Shown: positions 26,252 to 40,849 of the stretch, one piece after another
Numbering within the stretch: the first letter of the stretch is position 1
Layout: every line of letters begins with the position of its first letter
Source: Eledone cirrhosa
Taxonomy: Eukaryota
Direction of reading: 5' to 3'
DNA length: 64,000 nucleotides
NCBI GenBank assembly: GCA_964016885.1
Contig: OZ024740.1
Span: forward strand, 85,746,001-85,810,000
Position numbers and translations under genes: made by a program
The notes under the pieces: generated by a model
Databases searched by the model: none
What the model was told of the DNA's origin: nothing
The model's input: only the letters and a program-made list of their open reading frames with translations

Positions 26252-28290
26252 TAGTAAAAAGGAAAAGAAAATGCTGACAGATTTTTGCCAGTGAAAAATA
26301 GTTTAATTAGGAATAAGTATAAATTAGTAATAAGTAATGGTTAGTATTCAGTGTTATTTTAAAGATTTTTACCGGTTGCGCATTTCAAATGTTTTTCAAA
26401 AATAATTTTGAGATAGAGCGTTCGTGATTTGGTTGGTTGTTGAATGTCACGTGAATAAGCACTATAATTTTGATTGGTCGGTAGAAGTCACCTGAATGTT
26501 CAATAATAAAAGAGGTGAAATGATGTATAGTATTGTCATAACACCAAGGTGTGTGAGTGTGTCCAGATTGTACGTACTGCAAGGGAATCCATTAGGCCCT
26601 GCCGTATGGGATACTTGTGGATAGAAATGTATGTAGGATGTATGTTGATGTAGGTATGTATGTGGACGTGTGTATGTTGTGGGTTCGTCTTAGGGAGAAG
26701 TGTTTAGACGGGGTCCGTATTTGTTAATAAAGTGAGATTCCTTGCTGATGCGCTGGGTGTGGGTGGCATTATCTTTAAATTTGTAGAGGGGAAAGATTCT
26801 AAAGTTGGGATGATTTTGGGCAGCACAGGTATCAATGTGTTCACTCAGCGGTATTTTTCTTATTCCCGTATTTTGATTTGGGATCTATGGACAGTCATGC
26901 GTTGGCGGAGGCTGTTCTTAGTTTCCTATGTATTGTTCTCGATAACCTGAGCAAGTTAATACATATATTAGATTTTCTGATGCGCATGTGAAATTGTGCT
27001 TTACTATAAAACGTTGTCCCTGTTTGAAATAGAATTCCGAACCCTCTATTAGGTTGATGCATATGCCACATTTAGGTCTATCGCATTTTGTTACTGTGGG
27101 TTTCGTTGTTGTCGTTGGTTATACCTTGGCATGTGTTAGGATGTTTTTCATTGACTTAGATTGTCTTTTGCTCTTTATGATATCGTTTGTTCGAAGGATT
27201 TGGTTCATTCTATGGTCCTTCTGTAACACAGGGATGTTCTGGAGGATGGTGTCAAAAGCCTCATTGTTGAGGGGGTTGTGTGTGGAGATGTATGGAAGAG
27301 CTTTTAGTTTCGGTTGGTTTGTTTTGGGTGTCTAAGGTTCTGGGTACTGAGTTTCAGGGCACAATTAGTGATGCAGGGTAGTCCCTGCCTATGAGTGTGT
27401 CCTTTAGTTCTTGTAGCCGTAAGTAACAGGTGTTTTTATTGGAGACTATAGTACAGATTCTCTTGGCTAAGTTGTAGGGAATATTAATTTTAACGTGTCT
27501 ATGGTGGCAAGAGTTGAAAGGAAGATATTACTTGGAGTCTGTGGGCTTGTAGTATATGTCTGTTTCTATTTTATTGTTATGAATCTTAATGAGGATGTCG
27601 AGGAAGGGGAGTTGTTGATGGCTGTATTCCATTTTAAAATTAATATTCGTGTTGAGCCCATTTATAAGGGTGTGAAAATCTTTAAGTTTCTCGATGTTTT
27701 CGTGCCAAAGGATGAAGCAGTCATCTAGATATCGCTTCCAGTTCTTTTCTATGTAAGTGGAGAGTGTTTCCAAATGTGTTTAGTACTTTAGTGTAGAGGG
27801 TGATTGCTACCCACACCCAGCGCATCAGCAAGGAATCTCACTTTATTAACAAATACGGACCCCGTCTAAACACTTCTCCCTAAGACGAACCCACAACATA
27901 CACACGTCACCATACATACCTACATCAACATACATCCTACATACATTTCTATCCACAAGTATCCCATACGGCAGGGCCTAATGGATTCCCCTGCAGTACG
28001 TACAATCTGGACACACTCACACACCTTGGTGTTATGACCTCTTTTATTATTGAACATTCACCGACCAATCAAAATTATAGTGCTTATTCACGTGACATTC
28101 AAGAGCCAACCAAATCACGAACGCTCTATCTCAAAATTATTTTTGAAAAGCATTTGAAATGCGCAACCGGTAAAAAAATTAAAACTAACACTGAATACTA
28201 ACCATTACTTATTACTAATTTATACTTATTCCTAATTAAACTATTTTTCACTGGAAAAAATCTGTCAGCATTTTCTTTTCCTTTTTACTA
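26252..28290 (-). mobile_element. Truncated PLE (Neptune-like) with inverted duplicate of its 3' region
   Basis: ORF 27528-27773 YIEKNWKRYLDDCFILW..LPFLD..TDIYYKPTD; inverted arms 26252-26768/27805-28290. Confidence 0.8.
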
Positions 28291-28688
28291 ATACATCACA
28301 ACTCGTGTGTCACACCTCTATTTTTTTAATATATATATATAGAACAAAGAAAGTGTGGTAAGGAAAGTGTGATAAGGAAAGTGTGGTAAAGAAGTGTGGT
28401 GTAGTAAGGAACGAGGGTCTGGACTCTTTTATATATATATATATATATATGTATAATAAGGGTTGACGGACCCAGCATATTTATCAATGCCAGTACCGGT
28501 TGTATCTCAGCGCACTCCATTGGCAATGTAAGATACATTCCCAGATTATACACAAAGTTATTTGCTTCAACACAACACACGTAAAACGGGAGCCTCTAAG
28601 GTTCCCGGACTCGAGTTTCTGCCGCACTAATGCAGCAGTAAGGTGCACTGCACCATCTGTCTGCATATATTATGCAACAATGCACAAT

Positions 28689-28783
<95 letters not shown>

Positions 28784-28820
28784 CATGTATGTATGTGTGT
28801 GTGTGTGTGTGTGTGTATGC

Positions 28821-28877
<57 letters not shown>

Positions 28878-30699
28878 GAAATGTCGACCTCAATGAAATT
28901 AGAATGTAGGGATCTGAAATTAAATACAATAATTAAGGGTTCAATCCATATTTAACATCTACCCTTCTTTCGGAATTCGTAATAATTAGTCTTTATGAAA
29001 TCATGTATTTATCTTATTTTCAAAGCCCACTAACGCATTTCTAAAACATGCTATCAATAAAAATGATGTATTCACTTTCTAAAACAGGTCTTTACTAAAC
29101 GCTAACTTCCCTATCTAAAATATGCCTTTACTATCTAATATTTACTCCTCTTTTTATTTTACATTTCTCTTTCCCCAATCGCAGTTAGTTTTCAATATTC
29201 AATTTATCTTTAGCTTCATGAGGATCGTTCTTTCGTTCGTTATTTTCTTCTTTTTTTGAAAATAGATGCCATTCATTAGTTGGCCGAAAAACTACCTTTT
29301 TTATTTCTTTCACTGTCTAATTCTTAGCTTCCCTTTCAGTTATATACTAATGTATCTGTCATATAGGAATGCTTACTTCTGATTTTTGATACTGTGCTTT
29401 TCTTTACGAGCATTATCGTATCTCTTCCGTAGCAATAGCAATCTGTTTTTCTACGCACAACTCCACTAAAAGGGGTATACTGCTTCTAAAATCGTGTCAA
29501 AGACATCTAGCTATAATCCTTTTTACTCCCGCCCCAAATGATCTACCAACAGAGTAAATGAGTTTGAGTTTTATAGAATAAGTGTCTTGATAAACATACC
29601 ACGGTTTTATGCCTGACCAGCTAAGCAGTTTTAAATTATCTATTGGTTTTTTGTGCTTCTAGAGGATTTTGATTCGTCCAATTGTCCAGTTTGAGGAAAT
29701 TATAATTCCATTAGATGCACGGTGAAATTATATTCCAGCAAAGATAAGGTCTTGAGGTGCAATCTTATTACTTAAAGCATACTCCCTCATTCTTTTCTTC
29801 CAGTTGGTAGCGCCCTCAGAAATTTTCTGAGTTCTATCTGATGTTATTGTCATTTAACTGGGACTACACACAGACACAGATAAGCACCACGTTTTTAGGT
29901 ATTTCTCAATTAAACATATTTTATATTGTTCAAATATAACAAAATCCAAATGAAATTAATGAAATTTCCCTTGTGAATTCATCGCCTATAAAAGATTATT
30001 ATTTTTCCATTCAACCTCCATATCTCTAACTTTTGCCCACGCATGTTGTTCCTCACTGATATATAGTGCATACGCCAAAGTTTTGTTGTTTCATCATACG
30101 TTGGTCCTTATTGACCAGATGTATGATCAAACATCTCCCATCCGAGACCTTGTATCTAATATATCTCGTGTCTTTCCAGTTTTAAGATGGTAATCTGTGA
30201 TTTGAGGAAGATTTCGCTCATGTGTCTATCCAATCAAAAGTCCACATGTAAGTTCTTTTCATAATTGACTTGATGGATTGACTGCCATGTATTTTCTAAA
30301 TATGAAATCTGCTCTTTCATGGCATCTACTTTCTTCCCCATTCAATTATATTTAGCTATAAGGAATCTCATTTACTCTAGCTTAACATTTCTATTGTGTT
30401 AAATTCAGCACTCACTTATCTTTATTAATTTCTGATCTCATCATTTCACAGTTATCATGGTATACAATCATTTCCTTATAGACCGGACATATACTCAAAT
30501 TAATTCTCTAAAAGTGATATTTGCGCTTACAAGGCTTCTGCTCTCTTTACCAATAACGAATCCCAATTACTGCATTATAGTCTTCCTTCTCCATCGTGTA
30601 ACATTCAACACTATTGCTTTTTATTCTCACCTTTTCACAATTGCCATGGTATACGTCCAGTGCTCAAATTTAGTCATTTAAAACATGTCAAAATTTACA

Positions 30700-31135
30700 A
30701 AGGCGGCTTATTGTAAGAGTTATTGAAAAGCGGATTTAAATTGCTTCGGTATTTCTTCTGGATTTCAACGCTCTGAGTTGAAATCCCGCCGCCGTCAAAT
30801 TTGCTCTTTCATCCCTTTGAGGTCGATTTATCCCTTTTCGTCCCTGCCCGCTCTCTCTGTCTGAAAGAAATGTACTATGTTCTGACTCGGAGATGGAAAG
30901 GCTCTGTCAAGTTTACCAGGATCAAGACAATCCACATCCACCACTCTACAAAGAGTTAAATGTATTTTAGTCTTTGAGAGCCGTGAACCAGCAGAGTTCA
31001 TCGATTAAATATGCTTCCGTGTTTTTACCAGCTTACTACGTTCTGATTTCAAATCGCATCGAGGTCAACTTTGCCTTTCATTATTTTGAGGCCGATAAAT
31101 AAATTATAGGGGTCGATCCTACTTCTACCTCTCTT
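30700..31135 (+). mobile_element. Two decayed SINE copies (ctgagttcaaatcccgccgagg..gcctttcatcc family)
   Basis: Similarity to the intact copy at 38928-39112. Confidence 0.55.
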
Positions 31136-31152
31136 TATCAAACACACACATA

Positions 31153-31263
<111 letters not shown>

Positions 31264-32451
31264 TCTCTCTTCCTCTCTCTCTCTTTCTCTGAAAGAAATC
31301 GGATGTTTTCCGACCTGGAGAGGATGGGCTCCGCCAGGCTTTAAATTCCTAACACACGCCTGTGTCAGGACGGTGCTTTTTCGATTTCATCAGGAGTTAG
31401 GTGTCACAGAATACTTTTATCGTGTTTTAGCACGTAATGCAAAACATAAATGTTGCAAATGCAAAATGATTGATACTATCCTTAGTCTGTTATTATACTC
31501 TATCGCGGTGTGAAACTTTTAATCCTTCTTATACCAAACCGCCTCAGATTCGGTGATATAAAACTGTCTTTTAAAGTGAAAACTTTAATTTATCATAATT
31601 TCATGTAAGAGTTTTTCAGTTATATTCCAAACACCAGAATATAGCGATGAAATAACACCTGTCTATCAGTAAAAACAACAGCAACAACATAGATTGCTTT
31701 TCCTTTTACTTTAGTGAACTTCACATGTTCAGAAGTAATGTGCTATTTTTATTTTGTTCTTATGTTTTTAACTCTCATATTTGTGAATCGAAGCAAAATC
31801 TGTAAAATTCTATTAGTATTTTGATTCCACTTAACTAGATTGTCTTTCCACACAATTCTGAAATATACCGTAGTCTATTTTCTCAAGGTTACTCATTGCT
31901 TTTTTTGTTAGTCTAGAAGGTGCGCAGTGAACATGATCCTTTTCAGGGCCTTTGTAGCTGATGGGTGGAAGGTATCTTCACACCGGAGACATGCCCTGAA
32001 TACATGCAACAGAGTGGACACCGTTAAAAGCATCCTTGAGCCAGGTGGCACTCAACTGAACTATGAAATCAAAATACTATTAACTGGAACAAATCCAGCA
32101 AAGCATCTCGTCTGATGCTCTAACTATGTTGCCAATGAATTTCTCTGAACTAGTACTTTATTTATCGGTCACGGAAGGTTGAAAGGAAGTACTTCATAGA
32201 ACATAAAGATCAGAATAAATACTGCTTGATATTCCGTCCGAATTTCTCACGTTTTTACCAACTAATCGCCTAATGTAATTATATTTATAGAGTCGAGCTA
32301 ACTGGCGTCTCTATGTGGGCACCCTACATGCTAGAAATAGCAAAGGCAATTCTTTCAAACCACATCTATCTATTTTAAATCTGAAAAGACGGATTAGATA
32401 ATGTAGTTCTATACATATGACTACATAAGTATACATAGGTTGATTTGGCTT

Positions 32452-32560
32452 CATTCCCGCCGAGATTGACTTTGCCTTTCATCCTTACGGGGTCGATAAA
32501 ATAAAGTACCAGTAATGCACTGGGTAATTGCTGGCCTTGTGCCTAAAGTAGAAACAATTA
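32452..32560 (+). mobile_element. 5'-truncated SINE; further decayed copies at about 32600-32660 and 33165-33290
   Basis: Near-identical to the 3' half of 38928-39112. Confidence 0.75.
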
Positions 32561-34325
32561 TTAGAGTATTAGATATCAGCTCCTGGTTGTAAGTTTGTCA
32601 TTGAATCTCATTGAGGTCTACTTTGCCTTTCATCCTTTCAGTGTTGATAAAGTTAAAACCAGCCGAGAAGAAAAGTAGTGGCACTGGTTATAAATATCAA
32701 CTATATGGAAAATACCCCCAGAGTAGCTGTCTGCATACTAAAACACAGATAGCAAGATCTACCATGTATAATGTAGTAATTTAAGAAACATTGTCCAACT
32801 GTGATTATCGATGCAATTAGTAGAAAATAGCTTCCTATAAATGTGTTTAAAATCTAAATACAACTAGCGGGGGAGATCACTCCAATAATATCAGCCAAAC
32901 CAAATTCTTGGAAAATAAGGACGATGCAAAGAAGAATGGATTTTGTCTGAAGCTAAACACACACACACACCACCACCACCACCACCACCATTACCACCAA
33001 AAACAACAGCAAAGACGAAATCAAAGAAAAAAAATCAGAAAATGGGAACATTTATCAGAGAAAATAATTAATAGATTTTACGGAGAACCATTAAATGCAG
33101 AAGTTACAGTGTTTCGTTTATTTTACTATATATTCTGGCATTTATACCTATTTACATAAATGATAAGTGGCCGGATAGTCAGAGATGAATAAAGTGTCAT
33201 GCTATATTTGTTCGGGTGCTCTGATTTCAAATCCCGCTGAGAACAAATTGCCATTTATCATGTCAGGGTCGATAAGTAAAGTTCCTGTTTAGGGCATTAG
33301 ATTAAGGTAGAACGTTGAACGTAATGGTTATTGTATCTTTATTTACCTTTTGCGTTTCGTGTTCGCCTGGAACATGATTTGTGCCAAGCTGTATCATTCC
33401 TTGTTTGTCCCATGGGTAATATCAGCGATATGAAGAGGAAGTGATTTTCATGCATGAGCGACTACAGAATTTATATGAAAGATGTCTGCACATTAGAGAT
33501 AATTTTTCATGTGCAGATTCATAATTTCATGAAACACACGTAAGCCCAGGGCGTAATACAAGTTTTGTCAGATGTCATTGAAGTTTAATGAAGAATTGGG
33601 TATTCTGTTTCTATCTGTCAATATTAAATGGCACAAAGAAAGGAAGAACACGAATAAAACGAATGAACGGATAATATAAATAGGGAGGAATATCCTAACA
33701 TCATCTGTCTATCGGACATAGTCGCTGTTTCGCGGGCCTAAAACATGACTGCTAGTCCGACGGCGTGCAATAATGTCAAAACCTAGTATAACATTGCATG
33801 AGTAATATACAAAATGGCGTATGACGAGAACGAAACATGACGAATATCTGTATGATAAACGAAACCGCCGAACAAGACAAGAACAAGAAATACATGGAAA
33901 TAAAACACAGAAAATATATGGATATATGAAATAATCCTATGTTTATATATGTTATTAGATTATAGACAACAAAATAAAAAAGTATATGTGTTTGTATATA
34001 TATATGCCAAGAAAATGATAGATTACCATCGCTTTCTAAACGAGTTTATACTTTTTTTTGTATATTTCATCCTACATACGAATGTATTCAGTCGCTAGTT
34101 TAAGATAATAATATTATATACATACACATACATACTTATATATATATATATATATATATATACCAAATTAAAATGTCGAGTTAAAATCTACTGTCTTTAT
34201 ATATATATAAATAAATATATATATATATTAGATAGTGAAATAGAGCTTCCACCGTATTTTTGACTAAGTATATTTGCCTAATAGTTGGAGTTATAAAAAA
34301 CCCTGATTGGAAAAACGATGAACAT

Positions 34326-34397
34326 TGACGTACATGGTACACGAACCCACGTCCTTCGCTATCATGGCCACTGTGTTAACCATAACATCAATACGTC
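34326..34397 (-). pseudogene. tRNA-like sequence (pseudo-tRNA or SINE head)
   Basis: 7-bp acceptor GACGTAT/GTACGTC, D loop tatggtta, T loop GGTTCGTGTACC, TTTTT about 10 nt downstream; anticodon stem mismatched. Confidence 0.55.
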
Positions 34398-34579
34398 ACC
34401 CACCAAATTTCCAATCAATATATATATGTATTAATACGCTATGATTATATAGCTTCAAACTGATTATAAATTTGGTGGCAGCTCTACTTCACTATGTAAT
34501 TTTCAAATTATATATATATATATATATATAATTTGAAAATTACATAGTGAAGTATATATATATATATGAAGTATATATA

Positions 34580-36400
34580 TATATTATTCTGGAAAACAAC
34601 ACTTTCTTCTTCAATGGAAAGAATTACATCCAAATTAGAGGCACAGCGATGGGAACGAAGTTTGCTCCCGTTTACGCGAACTCTGTAATGGGATACATAG
34701 AACAACAACTCTACCAAGAAATAGAGGAAAAATATAGTACTGACTTTAGAAAGTACATTGAAAAATCTTGGAAGAGATACCTTGACGACTGTTTCATCAT
34801 CTGGACAGAATCTCTAGATACTCTGGATGAGTTCAATATCCTCCTGAATAACCTAGACCCATCTCTCCAATTCACAAAAGAGATGAGTAGGACCAAATTA
34901 CCATTCCTAGATATAATGATAATCAAAAACGACACCACCATTACCACGGATATATATTATAAACACACAGACACCCATCAATATCTGAATTTTAAGTCGT
35001 GCCATCCACCTCATACAAAACGCAACATCCCATACTGCCTAGCCAGAAGAATTTGTACCATTGTAGAAGATACGAATACCAGGTACAAACGCCTAACAGA
35101 ACTAAGAGAATTTTTGCTCAAACAAAAATACCCATCTCTACTTATAGAAAATGGCATACAGCGGGCTATAAAAATACCTATACAACAACTTAGAACAACC
35201 CAAGGAAGAAGAAACCAAGAACTGGTCATACCATTTATAATGACACACAACCCATGTCACCAGAATATATTCAACACTGCCAAAGCAAACCTACCGATCA
35301 TTGCTCAAAGTAATGAATTAAAAGGCTTAATCACAGATCGATCTTTGACTCTTAATAAAAGACAGTCAAAAAATTTGAAGCAATTGCTAACAAAAGCAAA
35401 GTTTGACCTTAACAACAAAGACCAATCATTCACTGTATCTAAATGCAATGATAATCGATGCGGCACATGTCAATCCATACACGCCGGTCAATATATGAAA
35501 ACAAAAACTGTAAAAAAATATTCCCAAATGCAAATATGAACTGCAAAAGCAGAAATCTAATTCACTGCATTAAATGCCCGAATTGTGAAGAACTATATGT
35601 CGGTCAAACTGGAAATGCACTATCGGAACGTGCACGGGTACACCGTCAACAAATCAGAGACCCAAATGTCCGTCAGATACCCCTAAGCGGCCACCTGGCA
35701 ACATGTGGTCAGGGAATATTTATAATATTCCCATTCTACAAATTACACAGCCCAAGTGAAATCAAGAGAAAAATCAAAAATAATTTTATTGATAAATTCA
35801 AACCCAAGCTAAATGAACAATAATAACGCCTAGGGGTATTACTTCTACTACCACTATGACCACGACCACTAACAACAACAACAACAACAATAATAATAAT
35901 AATAAAAGTGATGTTGATGGTGATGATTAATAGAAAATGCTATTTTCATCATTTCAAAAAGCAAAACAATTGATACGTTGGCTATGACTATTGGTCGTTA
36001 GCATGCTCAACCAGCCGTGACGCTTAAACCAATCAGCTGTAGTAATTCAGTGAAACTACACACTGATTGGTCGAAATACAGTTTACAGGGCTTTGCATTC
36101 CGGAGCCACTTTTCTCTGTATAAAATGTATAAAAGGTAGTAAATTTACCCATCTCATTACAGTTGAAAATTGCAAACTCGACTGTCACCACATATCATGA
36201 ACCTGAAGATTGCGAAAGCACGAAAGTACTTGTTCAATTAACACTTAGAATTTAATATTCTATCATACTATTTCATTATAATACTATATTATATTATATA
36301 TATTTTAAAGGATTGTAAATAAAACGAGTAAATCAGACAAAGTTGGAATTCCTCTTATTAATATAATCTTCTATACACAATCATACACACCCGTGTATAT
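34580..36400 (+). mobile_element. 5'-truncated Penelope-like element (Neptune-like): RT C-half + Cys linker + GIY-YIG + 3' pLTR
   Basis: GTAMGTKFAPVYAN, RYLDDCF, LPFLD, SCHP.HTK, CNDNRCGTC, then frameshift to NCKSRNLIHCIKCPNC..YVGQTG..R..H; flanked by (TA)n. Confidence 0.9.
36198..36236 (+). ncRNA. Minimal type I hammerhead ribozyme in the PLE 3' region
   Basis: tgaac-CTGAAGA-ttgcgaaagcac-GAAA-gtac-TT-gttca. Confidence 0.8.
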
Positions 36401-36433
36401 TTACCTATCTATATCTATCTATCTATCTATCTA

Positions 36434-36482
<49 letters not shown>

Positions 36483-36499
36483 TTCACTATGTAATTTTC

Positions 36500-36540
<41 letters not shown>

Positions 36541-36557
36541 TTCACTATGTAATTTTC

Positions 36558-36597
<40 letters not shown>

Positions 36598-36735
36598 TAT
36601 TAAGTTGTTAAACAATATTCGATGATTATGTCAAAGAATGAGTTTTACAGTAGATTGGAAGCACTCAACTGAAAATAATTTTCAGGAGTTATTAATATAA
36701 GTATTAATAAAATAGATGTTCTTTTGATCAATTAC

Positions 36736-36788
36736 ATTTTATTATACATATTTCGGATGTACAACAGTACGTCCTCATCAGACAAAAT
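36736..36788 (-). ncRNA. Type I hammerhead motif
   Basis: attttgt-CTGATGA-ggacgtactgttgtacatcc-GAAA-tatgta-TA-ataaaat. Confidence 0.7.
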
Positions 36789-37526
36789 ATAATGATACAT
36801 GACATACCCTGAGATGTTAAATGGTTAAGATTTAATCAAGGTAGTGATTACACGATAGAAACATTTTGCTTATATAATATTTGTGTGAGAGTGCGAAAAC
36901 GTAATGAATTCATTAGAGAATGTGTGAGTAAGAAAAAGCGTTGCATACTTAAAGTGTTCTAAAATTTTAAATTGTATGATACTATATCTAGGGAAACGTC
37001 TCATGATTCATAGCAGCCAGTGATAGCCACTGGAAAAAGATTTATAAGGAGGGAAAGATAAAGTCCGGGGGAGGGTTTTTTTCGAAAGTTAACCGGTTAG
37101 AATTTGGAAATATTTAATTTATAATATTAATGTGAAGACTCCAGATTTCAGGATTATTTGCTATTTATTTATATATTATTTATATAAATTCAATAATTGT
37201 GTTATCATTTCTAAACTTCTGAATTGTGAGAATAACATTTTAAAGGATTTAGCTGGCACGTAAAGAAAGAAATATTATACTGTTGATTAATTACCTAAAT
37301 CTAAACTTTAGCAAATATCTCAACATATTAGGTATGTAAAGCTTTTAAAGTACTTATTGTTATAAATATTTGAATAATTATTATGTATATAGGTATATAT
37401 TAATGAGTCAGTATGTATAAGGTAAGAATAAAATAAAATAAAATAATATGTTACAGATAAAATTTATAGATAATTATTCTTCAACCAAGATATCAACGTA
37501 TTATTAGATATAGGGATGTATATATA

Positions 37527-37710
37527 TTGGCAGTGTCGGTAGATGGTCGGACGCCATGCTTTGACGCATAGAGTTACGGCCCTTGCCATTCTGAGTTCAA
37601 ATCCCGCCGAGGTTAACTTTGCCTTTCATCCTTACGGGGTCGATAAAATAAGGTACCAGTAATACACTGGGGTATTTGCTGGCCTTGTGCCAAAGGTAGA
37701 AACAATTACT
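37527..37710 (+). mobile_element. tRNA-derived SINE
   Basis: tggcagtgtcgg A box, gagttcaaatcc B box; same family as 38928. Confidence 0.8.
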
Positions 37711-38927
37711 AATACTTTAGGCAAATGATAACAGTTATACTCTTAACAACGTGTTATATTTAAATATATATATATATGCATATAAGAAAAACGAACTATG
37801 AGTGTATGTATAAAATTCAAAATAATGTCTATAATAATTTTTAGTTTGGATATTTTATCTATATTTGAATCATGTATATCTGATATAATATAATGCAGCC
37901 CAACAAAAGGACTGCCAACAACTTCCAGGCCTGGAACAATGACGTGGCAGCGTTGTATGGGCTTCGAAAAGACCATAAAACGAGCAGTGACCCTGTCACG
38001 GGACCACCAACACGGCCAGTCTGTGGAGCTAACATTGCTAGTAACTACAGACTGTCCTACTTCCTCTCCCTGATCATACGCCCCATCATTGAACTGTCCC
38101 CAGATGTATGTGACAGCACGGAGGACCTCCTCAGCAGAATCAGCGAGAGTAACCGATCTAGGGACCTAACAAACTGCATAATAGGTAGTATGGATGTTTG
38201 TGTCCCTGTATCCATCTATTGACGTGGATTTTGCTGTGGAGAAATGCGTAGAAATGATCAGTGAGAGAAATGTTGAATTCCGTGGGATTGATACCAGTGA
38301 GCTGGGACTCCTATTTAAACTTACCTATAGTAATAATTATCTAGACACATATGACCTTAGCAACCTGTGCCCTACAAGACCAGCAAGAGTCAGACCACCT
38401 ACCATTACCTCAATGGCCAAGAAAACCCACACAGATAGATGGAACGGGTGGACCAGAGCCATACGGACCCCTGAAAACCACGATGAACTAAAGAAAATGA
38501 TTGCACATGCGGTGGGGGCCAGCATAAAATTAACCCTTAAGGAACATATGTTCAAATTTAATGGAAAAACATATGCCCAAGAAGAGGGAACAGCCATTGG
38601 TGTTAGCATTGCAGGCGACATAGCTAACCTATTCATGGTATGGTGGGACAGTAGACTTAAACTTAAACTTAAAGAACAATTAGAAGACCCCTTAACCCTA
38701 ATAATGTACTCCCGCTACGTTGATGATATAAACATCGTAGTTAAAACAACCGCACCAGAGAACAGTCAGGAATTAGAGAAAAACACAATGGAAAGCATCC
38801 AGCAAATAGCTAACTCCATCCACCAGAGTATTAGAGTTACTATAGACAACCCAAGAAAACACCCCAACCATCGATTACCTGTACTAGACACAGAACTCTG
38901 GTTAGATGCCATTAATAACAAAAAACA

Positions 38928-39112
38928 GGGCGGTGGATTGGCAGTATCGGTAGAGAGTCGGACGCCATGCTTTCCAGCATAGTTACGTCCCTTTACGATC
39001 TGAGTTCAAATCCCGCCGAGGTTGACTTTGCCTTTCATCCTTACGGGGTCAATAAAATAAAGTACCAGTAATTCACTGGACAATTGCTGGCCTTGTGCCT
39101 AAAGTAGAAACA
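38928..39112 (+). mobile_element. Full-length young tRNA SINE with 17-bp target-site duplication
   Basis: TSD attaataacaaaaaaca at 38911-38927 and 39113-39129; splits the PLE RT ORF. Confidence 0.92.
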
Positions 39113-40240
39113 ATTAATAACAAAAAACAAATCCTCCATTCCCATTATGCCAAACCCATGACTTCCAAATATCTGATCAACCGAAACTCAGCTGTTTCGG
39201 ACCATACCAAAATCAGCATACTGATTTCGGATTTGGTACGGGTGATGAGAAACGTGTCCCGCATGTGCAACCCCGAAGAACTAGAGAGACACATACAACA
39301 CTTCATCCACCGTATGCAGTTCTCTGGTTACAATCAGAGAGATAAAATCAGAGTGTATAGAGGAGCCAGAACCAAATGGGAAAACATGGTAAATAATGAC
39401 ACAAATGGGACCTGCCCCTTGTATAGGAGCAAATTTTGGAATAGAATAGAAAGAACTAGGAATAAGGCTAATAGAATAAACTCATGGTATGATAGCAATA
39501 AATACCAGAGTGTAATGTTCATCGATACAACCCCTAGAGGTGAATTAGCTTACAAATTTAGAAGGGCCCTAGATAAACATAAACTCAATATTAAGATAGT
39601 AGAAAGACCAGGTACCTCCGTAAAAACACTTATTAGCAAGACATACCCTTTTCAAAGACCCCCCTGTATAGATAAGAAATGTATAACCTGTAAAATAAGC
39701 CCCCATATTAACTGTAAAACTAGAAATGTAGTGTATAGCATAAGATGTACTGAAGGACAATGTAGAGACAAAAATATAGTGTACATAGGTGAGACAGCCC
39801 GTAGTGTAGGGGAACGGATAAATTAACACTGGCGAGACCTTCAAGATTGTAAAGAATCATCTGTACTCTACCAACATGCTAAAATAGAACATAAGGGTAA
39901 ATTAGAGAACATAGAAATAAAAATAGAATCTACACACAAAAAAGACGCAATGTTTAGACAAATCAGAGGCAATAAACATAAATGATTTACAACCAAAATT
40001 AAATAGAAAACATGAGTGGAACACCAACATCACAACTTACAATTAAGGACAAAATGAAAACACACACGCACATAGAACAAACAACCAACCAGTAACATGT
40101 AAATAAACAAATAAATAAACGAATATAAACACACACATATGTAACACATGCGCAAACTAAGCACACAACACACACACAAAAACAAGATGGCGTAGGACAG
40201 AACAAAGGAGAGGCACAAAAAACAAACAAAAGAATCCCCA

Positions 40241-40283
40241 GTCACTGAAGAGGTCACAGAATGTGTGACGAAAGAACTATGAC
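40241..40283 (+). ncRNA. Minimal type I hammerhead in the PLE 3' region
   Basis: gtca-CTGAAGA-ggtcacagaatgtgtgac-GAAA-gaac-TA-tgac. Confidence 0.7.
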
Positions 40284-40410
40284 AATATATAAACAACCAT
40301 CTGGTTGTGGAACCAACCAACCAACCGGAAATTTATAAATTCCTAAATTTATAAATTTATTATAACTGGTGCGTATGTTTCTTATTGGCAACATGACCCT
40401 CCCAAAGTAT

Positions 40411-40458
<48 letters not shown>

Positions 40459-40591
40459 ATAAGATACAGAGCCTTAGCTTTGTTTACAAACACCGGACAA
40501 TTTGAAAATTACATAGTGGAGTAGAGCTGCCACCAAATATATATATATATGTATATATGTATACATATATATATATAGAGAGAGAGATAGA

Positions 40592-40779
40592 TAGTAATAA
40601 TAATTAATTTGAAGACTAAAATCCAAAGAGGGCTCGATAAGGATAAATATATATCAAATTTATAAGAACCGTAGAGCAAATATTTATTAAAATAACAGAT
40701 TAAAGAAGCAAAGAATCGCTGCTTTCACCCTTAACGGGATCTTCTGAAAGCAGCGATTCTTTGCTTCTTTAATCTGTTA

Positions 40780-40787
<8 letters not shown>
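40592..40787. mobile_element. Family FB-A fold-back element
   Basis: Perfect 43-bp arms 40685-40727/40745-40787; the 17-nt spacer is the reverse complement of GAAGA-tccc-gttaa-ggg (hammerhead core plus stem II). Confidence 0.8.

Positions 40788-40849
<62 letters not shown>

Larger units (their letters stand above)
37890..40414 (+). mobile_element. Penelope-like element (possibly Nematis-like), 5' truncated and interrupted by a SINE
   Basis: LYGLRKDHK..RPVC, SMDV.SLYPSI, GTAIG, RYVDDI, LPVLD, MQFSGY, C..C..C..NCKTRNVVYSIRC..YIGETARS. Confidence 0.9.

Noticed and set aside
29200-29820. Possible ancient LINE remnant on the minus strand
   Set aside because: No diagnostic motif could be read with confidence.
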